From the NCBI RefSeq assembly GCF_009914755.1, contig NC_060928.1: 64,000 bases of DNA; one strand, given 5' to 3'. Source of the stretch: the human T2T-CHM13v2.0 reference genome, Homo sapiens. This document shows, in pieces, positions 52,758-64,000 of this stretch. Each line of letters opens with the position of its first letter. Position 1 is the first letter of the stretch. Position numbers and translations under genes: made by a program. Below the pieces are notes generated by a model. The model worked only from the letters and a program-made list of their open reading frames with translations. It was not told the DNA's origin and searched no databases.

Positions 52758-55700
52758 GAATATAAAGTAAGTCATATTTTCTGATTCATGTGGTCGTTCC
52801 AAGGATGCTTTATTTTCTTCATATCTGATTGATCTCCCATTGGCAGTGTCTCCCAGCACTTGAGCTCTAAGTTTTTCTGCCCCCATAGCTTCTTTGTCAA
52901 GTAGTTAATGATCTGTCAACAAACACTTAAATAGGGAACTCCCTATTTCCATGAAACCATCTGTGAATTCTTTTGTGATATGAATAATCACATTCTAATT
53001 TATCTGTTTTTCAAGTTATCTAACTTTCTTAAAAAGAGGCTGTCTGGTGATATTATTTTAGAATATGAAATTTTTAAAAATTGATCTCTCAGGTACTCCT
53101 GGTCTTAAGCAAGAAATATGTAATTAATGGCTAAATGGAATCCTCAGTTAGGACCATAAATATCAAGGCCAATAAAGAAATTCAAAGCTAGAATCTGCTT
53201 AATATGCAGTAATCTATAGCAACTCTTATAACTCATGATAATTTGTTTTGAAGATACAGAAAAATGGGTAATACTCTGTTTCTTAGTAAAATAAAGTCAG
53301 TATTATTTGAGAATTTCTTATTCTCCATGTCTCTGTATTTATAAAAATGCACTTATTTTAAAAAATATTGTATATCGGAAACCTAAATATATGTATTCAG
53401 TGTGATTTATCCCACCATTAAATTTTAGAGGGGAAAATAATCATCAGTCAGGCTTACAAAAGCTTTTATAAAGACCAGTGTTTAGAGTTACTGTGGCTTT
53501 GAAATACCTCAAGTGGTTTCTATGGAAACATGAAAGTCAAGCAGAGAGATAATTTTAGATAATATTTAATATATCATCTACTTCCTCAATAATAAAAATA
53601 GAAACCTAAACTTTTCAGGTTGTTATAATTTTCCCCCCCAAAATGCTGCATTCTTAAACCCTTTGAAATATGTAGATGAAAACATGGATTAAAATTACTA
53701 TGTACAGTATCTGTGAAGAAAAGAGACCACCTCTTATTTCTTCACCTATATATAGACAGTTTTGTTCAGGGGCTGTGTATATCTGAAATCTCAAATAACC
53801 TGGCAGCACTCTGTAGTAAAACTTGGAGGAAAAAATTCAGAATTTCTTAAAATATTAAATTACTTATTAGTAAATAAAAGCATGTAATTTTATATGGCTT
53901 CTGATCAAAGTTAATTTTATTTATGTGTATTTGATTTTGGGGGGAAGAAACTTGCTTATAGAATATAGTTTCTTGCTCTATGAGAGTAAAATAAGTTATG
54001 TTAACTAATATCTAACAATGTCTCATTTTATTTGAATAAAAATGTCTATTTTAGAGCACAGAAATGCCTAAAATAGACACAAAAAATGTCTATTTTGATG
54101 CACAGAAAATCCATGTCGTTTGACATGGCCACATGGGGCTGTAAGATTTAAGTTTTTTTACGAGAGCTTCCATTAAAAGCTTGAATATATATCTTAAAAT
54201 GAGATGACTTCGTATTTTATATGGACATTTGTATAGTTTGTGGAAATTTCCTGGAAAAACTAAAATCTCCAGTTTTTATTTTTTAGAGCCTTGTAATATC
54301 TTAAAAAGTGAAATTGGTCAAAGCATGTTTAAACTAGCATATTGTAGTTTGGTTTACAATTTGAAAGCAAATGCTCTTATTAAACATCCAATTGTCTTTC
54401 TTAAAATAGCATGAAAATACTTTATGTAGGAAATTTAAGATATACTTAAAGCTGAAGCATTATTTTAGTGATGTTTGGTTTTGTCTCATCTTTTTTTGTG
54501 CATCATAGGTTTTATAAGCAAGTGTTTACATTTCAGATATGATATCAGAAACTTGCACTCCTAGTTGTGTAATTTATCAAGGGTGTCTACAAGTATCTGA
54601 TAAATCATATTTGGTTGGAGGTAATCTGCTGTAATCGCAATACAGAAATCAAGGGGGAAAATGGTCCCAGCAATGAATTATTCTTTCTTTCATTCTTGTT
54701 ACCTTGAGTCCACCAGTTTTTCTCAAATCCCCTGATTAAGATCACCTGCCCCCCATTTTGCCCCATTCAAAAATATGTCTTTTAACTAAAAATACAGAAA
54801 AATATCAAGTAAACAAAATACATCAATAATTTTGGTTCTAGAACTGTAAAAGTTGTTTTTTAAAAATGGTTAAATGGTAGGATTATGAATAAGACACGAA
54901 TCCACAACTGTCAATTTCCTGTTGTAAAATGTACAAGAGGGCCAAAGGTTTAGAATATTGCTTATTATTCTAGCCTTGGAATTCTTAGTATTATAATAAG
55001 ATTGGTAATGCTTTCCTTTCCTTATTTCAGTGCATAATAAATTTAATGTTTTCGAAAGTGAATATTTATTTAGGGATAAAATAAAGACTGTGCTTTATGG
55101 TTACAGTTTGCATGCTCCTCTGTAAAGAATATAGTGGCTGTCTTCTGTTAGTATAGCTAGTTTTAAATTCAAAAAGTCTATCAAGTTTTTAAAGAAAATG
55201 TTAATATATTACACATGGCATATTGTGTTAAAAAGTCTTTCTATGATATTCAAAATGTTTCAGAAACAATGACAAGGTCAGTGTTGCTAGAAAATCAGTG
55301 TTTTACTAGAATGCAATGGTTTTAATGGAAATAATAACAACTCACACATTTTAAGGCTTAAAACTGAACTCCTTGATTGTGTTTAGCATATTGGAAGTTA
55401 CAAGGAGCTCCTATTTTGTAGTTGCTGTAGATTAGATCGGTAAATGAAAATGTCTTTCTGATTTCCTAGAAACACTTTGTTTCTATTTTTTGTGAACATA
55501 GATACTTTGGGGACCCGGCCTTGTTATCTCATGACTGTTTTCCAGGCTGTGTTATCATGATGAATGGGTAATTACAGTACAGGGCACCCACACAGGCCAC
55601 TGCATATGAGACCCTTCATTTAGGACGTTTTTACTTTATAGAGAGATTCTTTATAAGTTATGAAGCTCTTGGGTTAAATTAAATTTCATTTTGTCATACC

Positions 55701-58700
55701 TAATGTGTTTATTTTCTCTTGTGAAGAAAAAGTCTTCAAACTTCATATGATTTCTTAAATTCAAAAAACACAAGAAGCACAATTCCAATTTCATGAGAAT
55801 GTATTATTTCTTAGTATCATACATTCATAGATGATAGACTACTTTAATGTGTGTGTTAGCAGTGCTTTGACTTGTTTAAAAATGCCATCATTTAATAATA
55901 TGAATTTTTCTTGCTAAGAATAAAAATTGACTACACAATATGATAATATTTGTTTCTGATCCAACACACAAAATGAAAGCTTTGCTTATTTATTTGATTA
56001 AAATGCAAAAGTGCAAGTACGTTTAGGTTTGTGTTGTATAGAATAGAACTTATTTTATCAATCACTTTCATAACCTTTAAAGAGCCTTAAATAGTACATA
56101 TGAAAAACACATTCATATCAGGTTCCCCTTGAGGATTTTTTCTTTGGTTTAAGAAAATTTTATTAAAAATCGGCATTGCAAATAACATTTTTCATAACTA
56201 TATGTAGACCTGTTAAAATTTTTATTAAAACTGGAGTTCGGCCTGTTCTTTTTCATCATTCTATCAGATATTAAACTCCTGCAGCAGCTGTAGGAAATAG
56301 AGAAAGGGATTTTCAAAGGGATTTGAGTCTCCCTGTCTCTGTGCCTTTAGTGATCATATTATCATAACTATCACACATAACAAAGCTCTAAATCTGTAAT
56401 TCAGATAAAGTAGTCAGGACTCTGAAATACAAAAATCCAAACATATGCCGTAACATTTTTTTGCAATGCTGGCTCCTTTAACGTGGATTTTGTAAACTTG
56501 GAGAGGTATTCAAGAGCTTTTGTATACGAACACAAACTAAACAACATTGTTAGTGGTATGTTTCACAGAGATTTAATTAGAGGTGTTTTTATACATCCAA
56601 GCAGTTCCATTAAAAGACCATGCCTGCATGCTCTAGCAAATTATGATCAAACCTCTAAAGGTTAAAAAGAATGAAATCAGAAGCTTGTTTTGAAGCAAGG
56701 TCTACATGAATCTATGTCTAATCCTGCAACAGTCTGAGTTCTTTCTCAAGAGAGCAACATTCCTTAAATGCAGTGCTAAGGGTGGTAAGTGTGACCACAT
56801 AATTTTTTTATGAATTAAATTAAAAATGAGGGTAATAAAATTGTAAATGGGCTGAAATCCAACTGAAAATTACACAAGAAAGAGTTACACAATGAGTTTT
56901 TTCTTCACATTTACAGGACAAATTTATAACTTAATGTCTACATGAAAAGAATATTTGTGCTGTAAAAAGTTGGTAAAACTCTAATCAGAATGTCCAACCA
57001 GTTTGTAAATGAGCAGCTGTATGTATATATTTATTGTAACAGTGCCTTCTACTGGTCACACATTATCTATGATGTCAGTGAAATTACTGAAAAGTAATGA
57101 AAACTTGTGTTTATCCTAAATTATTCTTGGGTATTTTTATTGCCTTGGCAAAAGTATTTCTGTGAATCACAACTTACATACATAAAAAATATAGTGTGTT
57201 AGAGATTAACACATTTGATTTCTGTTGTACTTTAGCAGTAATAGGACCTGTTAAAAAGTTTCTCCTAAAAAGAAAAGCATTTCCTACATACTGCAACTTA
57301 AAATGGGGAATATTTCCACCTGTTTATTTTATTGTCTTTCCGATTTTGAAATTGATCTTTTACTTACCAGCATTTTTCTTTTTAGCTTTTCAGTCACACT
57401 GTGTCTAATTAAAATGAGTAGATTTCTTACATATTATCAATATCTATAAAATGTGAGAATCATGAAATTTATTTGTAACTTGAGAAATGCAGCAGAATTT
57501 GAAATATAACTTAACTAACAAAATATTTAACAATATTTAGTGAGAATGATTTAAGGTTTGTCTAACTATCTAGGTATAACAAAGATGGTTGATTTTAAAT
57601 TTGCTTAGGAAAAGAATCAAATAATTAAAAAGAGAAGCATGTATAATCATGAAGAAAAGCTGCATTTTTCAGCAAAATATTGACATCAAGTATTTCATTT
57701 TCTTAATATATAATAAAGATACCACTGAAATCTCTTTATGAATCTATATGATTTCAGTTTTAATTTTAAATAATATTTAATAAAGTACTTAGATGATTAT
57801 GAAATAATTGTTTTTCAAAAAAAGCATGTTCCAATTAATTTTATGTAGATATGGTTTACACTGAATGGGCTATCTTGCTGAAATAACATTTTTAAGAAAT
57901 TCTGAACATGAAATTTTTACTATCTGCAATAAAAAATCTGTGCTGTGGAAAAAATATTTTACTTTTGTTTAAGTCAATAAATATTGCTTTTATTGCCTGA
58001 GGCAACATTTTAAAAAACTTTATTATATGCAAATTACAACCTGAATATCTGATAAAATTCATTCTATTTAGTTAGAAATAATTACCTCAATCGAGGCAAT
58101 CTGTTTATGTTAGAAATAATGTAAATCAGAAGGAATCCTCATGATTGCCCTTATCACAGATCATTGCACGTGTGTGCTCACTAGTGCTTATTAGACTAAA
58201 ATCAGAGAACTTTCCTGAGGAATACATCACGTCAGGAGCAAATTGTTTCGATGCTCAATTCAAAATTTGGAATCACCTACATGACCATAACATTCAATGG
58301 AGAAAACGCAATATTTTAATTTCCCCAAAACTCTTTATTTTAAACAATTGTTTTCTCTAGGAATGAAATGCCATCATTACAAGTCTATCTTAACATTCAT
58401 GGAGAAAAGATAAGGATTAGGAACACAAGGTACAGTCAGTATTTTTTGAATAGTGTTCCAGTGAGATTTCAATCAGTGCTGAAAAGCATATTTCTTAATG
58501 GGGGAAAAAGCTAGAAAAACAGTTGTCAGAGATGAAAGGGTGCTGTTTCAGGTTTGTACACCAACAACTTCATTCCTTCCTGTGTGAGAAAATCCCTCTA
58601 TTACTTTATAACAATGGCATCCGTTTTGTTTACCTTGCGGCATCCATAACAAGGATAGAGGTGTTCCTCATTAAATTTTGTTGTTTGGAATGAAGTACAT

Positions 58701-61339
58701 AGATCTTTACAAACAAGTGTCTGGTTGCTATTTATCCATGTGTGACTATTTCCATATTATGTGTGTACATTTACACTTGCATAGATGCATCCATGAATAA
58801 TGAGCCGTGGAAATATGTGCGCAAGGACATAGAAAGAGACAATACATGACAGTGGGCAGTTAATGCACTTTCATTTCCATGAGTTAGGGATAATTGCATA
58901 ATTCATGAATGGCAGAGAAAAGTCACAAGTGTGAATTGCATATGGGCAACTTAATATATGTCACTACCATGCTAGTTAAAGGATGTGTTTAAACTTGCAT
59001 CACTAGTAGTTTGGAATCAAATCATTTTAAGTGGCACATCAAGAGGAATTAAAAATCTACTGAAAACAATGTAATTGTTTCCTAATAAGGATAGGATATT
59101 TACAATAAGCACATTTTGTTTTTGCTTAATTTGCCTGCAAACTGAGTTTTTGTATCTTGTGTTAAAAATGATTCATTCATATTTTATTTTATGCCAGGTC
59201 TTCGTATAAACAAAATTGTGTTCTCATTTTTTTGGAAGTTACATTGTGACATCTTCTAAGTTATTGAATTCACTGAAGACATACAGATCATATTCATACT
59301 ATGTCTAACACAGACATTGTAATGATGATGTGTATTTCATAAAGAATAGTGATCTTTGCTAGAACTTCAGAATTTTCAACAGTTTTTGAGATATATAATA
59401 AATATAATTTTCTATGCATTATTTTTCTTGGTTGGAAGATTTAAACCATAGTACTCAGTAATTAAATATTCATTGAGAACTACTTCCTAGTATTATTTAA
59501 ATAGTACATTCAAATGAAGTAGTTAAGATGTTCCATGAGAAGAGCAACAGATTAGTAATTTTAAAAGATTTCAGATTCAAAAGTGTTGTCTTGTGGAATA
59601 ATAACACAGCATTGTTATGGGGTGGGGGTGGCTGCTTGCATATTTACACACTTCTACATATAGTGTATGAGTGCTAAATTTATGTGCCAGTTGATGGATC
59701 TAAAATTGTCCCAGAGAGTTACAAATTTTCATAATGATTCTGAGGAGTTAAATTTAACCTAATGCTTTATAATTAAACTCCAATATGCAAGGAGATTTCA
59801 ATGCCCTGCTCCATCAGCTCCTTGTCTGAGCAACTTCATGAACACAAATTCTTTCAGTTGTTCAGATCATTTCACCTCGCTTCTACCGCAAACGGTGTGT
59901 CACTGTATACCTGGGAGGAAGCAAAAACATTTGCTTTACAGCTGTTTTTTCAGAAACATATTTCAAAGACAAAAATGTTTGGTATGTAAAAACCAAACGG
60001 ACTTCTAATATCCATTATAGTTAATGAAATAGTATATTTCCTCATGTGGGAAGAAAATTACTTTAGATTCAAACCTATGTTAACTTACTTTACACAGTTG
60101 TGAAATGTCCTAATATAAAGTATTAAAAGCAGAATATTTTTAATACAATGAACACAATACTGTGCCATTTATGAAATATAGCACAGAATTTCTGTCTCTG
60201 CCATTAAAATGCCTACAATTTGTGAACGTCGTAAAGCATACATTTTTCCTCCTATTAACTGGAACAGACTAATTGCACATTTTGAGGGTGGTTGTTGGGA
60301 GATTCCATAGGCGATATTATAGTCATTCATGGGCATCAGGCAGGTATTTAACAGTTTGGTTCAGGTTGTCTAGGACAACAAGAATGTTGTTATGCTGCAT
60401 CTCCAAGCTGCTGGGATGAAATCAGTTGTGACAAAGCAGTGAAGATTAAATTTGTAACAGATACAACACCTTTGAAATACTAGCTTATGATTTCACAGTG
60501 GCATTATAAGTCTTACTGCAGTATTTAAGCAGTTAGAAAGAATGCTGGTTATTAGCAGCTGAAATTTGTAAAATAGGATTTTATTGTCTTTAAATAGCCA
60601 TGGCAGCAGTTTGTATTATCCTAGTACAACATTTTTGTTACTATGTATTAGAGTTGGTGAGTATTTTTCATGCTCCTCTTTTTCCAGGTAAATTCTTTTA
60701 TCTATCTTTTAAATCCTATGTTAAACAAACATAGAAACGTATACATATGTATTAATATAAACATCTCTATTATGTATTTTAAAATTTAATGCCATTTTGT
60801 ATGTAAAAGACCAAAGGAAGAAACTTTCTACTTTATTTCTCCCAAATAACATTATAATGATCAGATATCAAATATTCCAGGCCTCACAGAATACTATGTA
60901 CAAGGCAACTTAAATATATAATACCATAAAGCTGAACTATTCTCTTAATAATCTTGAAAGGACAGCATTAGCTATACGCAAAGCAATTATGCTCTGTTAC
61001 TAAATCTGATCACATCTAAATTTCCTGTCTTATCATATGTCAGAAAGAGCCTGGCTCCTAAAAATAATGTCTAGAAATCTTGAGGTACGTAATAAACTGC
61101 TTCTTGATGGGGAATGTGATCTCCACAGATGTAATATGAGGGAAACATCTAAGGTTCAGGCATACAAATTTGAATACCAAAATTTTATGTAAGTTACTTA
61201 ATATTGAACTTGTGTTATATCACTTTGTTTTAATGACTACGGAGACTTCAATGGGTTAACTTTGGATGAGGGTCAGGTTTTATATGTTTATATTTTCTTA
61301 GCCTTGGTCAGGAGAAGTGGCTTTGCTTGCCCTTGTGCA

Positions 61340-61990
61340 GTGCCGGAGTGGTAGGGTTTCACTCCGTTTGAAAACCTAGCACATCCCAAGAGGTTACCTT
61401 GGTGTAGATTTCTTTCTTTCTGTATTAAATCGCTCATTGTCGCAAAGTGACTAGTGCTGCTGGGCTTTGAAAAGAACTTCTAAGAGGTTAAAAAAAGCTT
61501 CTGTATGAAAGGATTTTTTACTTCTGCGGACAGAATACAGTTTGCAGCTGTCTGACTTGCGACAGTGATATGGATCTGATTGTATACAGTATAGCAGGAG
61601 CCGTGGATGCAGCTGGAATGGAGGTTATAAATTTTAAAAGCGATGCAGATTTTTGCCATTAATTGGCTGCTAATAAAAGCAAACTCAATGGCTTCTAACT
61701 GTGGGAGACTGTGGTTCTGTATCTGATATCAGGAATTCATACACATTACACAGTTTTAGGGATTCAGACCACGACTAATTGAAATACGAGGCATACTGAT
61801 CAAATTTAGCATTACCAGCATGCACTATGGTTTGGGACTGTATGGCGACAAGGTAGCATTTATTACTTATTCTCCATAACGCTGCTTGATTGAAATATCT
61901 AGCTATGTTGTCAGCAGAGGCCCAGCTGGGCTTTAGTACAGCTAATTAAGTCATTAAAAGAGAGGTCAAGCAATCTAACTCTTGCATACT
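61340..61990. promoter_or_regulatory. Candidate distal enhancer / conserved non-coding element
   Basis: Repeat-free, 12 CpG in 600 bp against an AT-rich background, multiple TAATT homeobox motifs. Confidence 0.35.
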
Positions 61991-64000
61991 AAAGAACAAA
62001 AAAGTCTTTTATTATATTTTTTAATATGTTAAGATTTGAATTTTTAAAGAAATTTCTATTTAATAATAAATGCATTTACTGGTGTATTTATTGAAGTCTT
62101 AATTTAAATATATAGAAGTAAGAAATTATGAACTTGTCAATATACAATTTCCAAAGCAGTTTATATGGTTATGTTTTAAAATAAGTATATTGTGTATGTG
62201 ATTATTGAAAGTTGTTCAATAAGTTAAATACTGATGGAAGGGGTGTAGATTCTGATGATTTTCTACTTATTATTTCAGTTATGGTGGTCTTTAGAAAAAA
62301 TTTTCAGAGATAAACACTATTAAGTACAGCGTACGTATATTATGATGTATATTATGCGTCCTTCAAATAAAAGCAAATAGATACTATGACATTCCTTGTT
62401 TTAATTTTCTTTTGGGTAAAAGTATGAGGTTCTAATTGTTTATTTCTTTGTAATTTATCAAATGCCTCTTCAAATCCCCTTTTCATTTATCTACTTGAGA
62501 AAGCACATGAGCTCGTTTGGGCCAAATGAGTCAGTGGAGATGGAAACATTAATGTATTTGAGTGGGCGTGTGTTAATGCTGCTCTAAAATATGTTTTAAA
62601 GGTGTGGGGATTACAGACATATTACCTCAAACACTGCTTACTCCATAATGTAAGAATGGTATACTATAATACTTAAAAATATGACAATTTTGCTTTTCTT
62701 TATTATGTGAATATGTATGAATAGCTGAATTTACATTTTTTCATAATAGACTCCTGAGGTAAACACTGAACACAGTAGGTGTTCTAGAAATGATTAACCA
62801 ACAAATGAATGAATATCTTGAATGTACAGTATTTTCTTAATAGTTTGAAGAACAATTTATAGTGTTTGTTTTACATTAATTCTCAGTCATAGGCTCCAAA
62901 GCTAGAGTAGAAGATAGATCTTGGTGCTCAGATTTGTTTATTTGATTACTATTATATATATGAATGGATTTGGGGAAATGTTTGGGGGAAGAAAAAAATT
63001 ATATGTTAAATTAACAATGAAATTAATTTCTGCTTGTTATTCCTGTTTCTCATTTGGCATATATCACAAATAGTAGAATTGGTAGATATTATTAATTTTG
63101 GTCTTCTTTTTAAAGTATTTATTGCAATATTAAGAATATTTAATAATCAAGTGAGAGAAGAGTGATTGGAGAAGCTTGAAAAAGAATGGGCAAAACGATA
63201 CAAAATAGTTCAAATTACAAGTGCTGTCTTGGTTAGAAATGGTTTGAAATATCAAATGAGGTCTGCTTTAGAAAAATCCTAGAAAAGAACTATAAAGAGA
63301 TGTAGGTCTTATTCCAGATTTCATATCTGTTGAGTATCCGCTTTCAGCATGCGATTGACATGGAACAACTGTTACTAATTTTTACACTTTTATTGTAGTA
63401 GAGCATGCATATCTAAATAAGCTACTGCTATTTTGGCAGGAACTGTACATTTTCAAGTAAAATGTGGATTGACATCAAAATATGGTTATGGTAATGGCTT
63501 TTCAGAGATTGGGGCACTTCGAACTATAAATATAACTAGTTGTTCTCTAGCCGTTATTGCTTAAAAGCCTTTGGATGTAAAATTATGCATATAATAAATT
63601 GTAAATTTATTTGTCCCAGATGCAGATTTCCTTGCTAATACATCTAATTCTCTTGGAGAGTCATTGTTATTCATACATAATGGAGAGCCTAATACAATAC
63701 CATGAAGATTGGGCATTGGAGCACCTGTTGCTGAGTGTGGAATATAGGAAGGGACATATTCATAAATCAAGTAATGAAAACAGTCCTTTCCTGAGATCAC
63801 TGTATAAGTTCTATTCAAGGAGATTCTAGTGGTGAATGCCCTAAAAACTAGTTTGTGTCTACTGCATTACTGCTTATTCAGTCCACATCCTATGTCTTCT
63901 TTTCTAGAGAAGTTGAAAACCATGCCTTCCTCAGAATCATACTAACAATTACAGAAATAGTTTATTTTGGTTCAAAGCTAATATCAGAAATTTATTCTTT

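Overview
AT-rich primate (human-like) intergenic DNA. I find no credible intact protein-coding gene, rRNA, tRNA or CRISPR array. The only gene-derived feature is a near full-length processed pseudogene of LYPLA1 (acyl-protein thioesterase 1) on the minus strand at ~41015-43436. It retains its 5'UTR, intronless CDS, ~1.65 kb 3'UTR, AATAAA, short poly(A) and a ~10 bp TSD, and is disabled by two frameshifts and a nonsense codon. The rest is a mosaic of Alu, L1, L2, MIR, MaLR LTRs, DNA transposons (Charlie1, MER3, Tigger3, MER44, MER102, MER103), a probable MamSINE1 and microsatellites. Several repeat-free, motif-dense blocks look like distal enhancers, and the right-hand ~15 kb is poor in young repeats. 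I do not see evidence for a new multi-gene system. The best leads are an orphan internal L1 endonuclease fragment (candidate non-classical insertion), a ~330 bp inversion inside a Charlie1 element, unusual CpG, ancestral-residue and miR-138-site retention in the LYPLA1 retrocopy, several template-switch scars, and candidate developmental enhancers. Repeat subfamily calls and comparisons to parental sequences are from memory and need RepeatMasker/BLAST confirmation.
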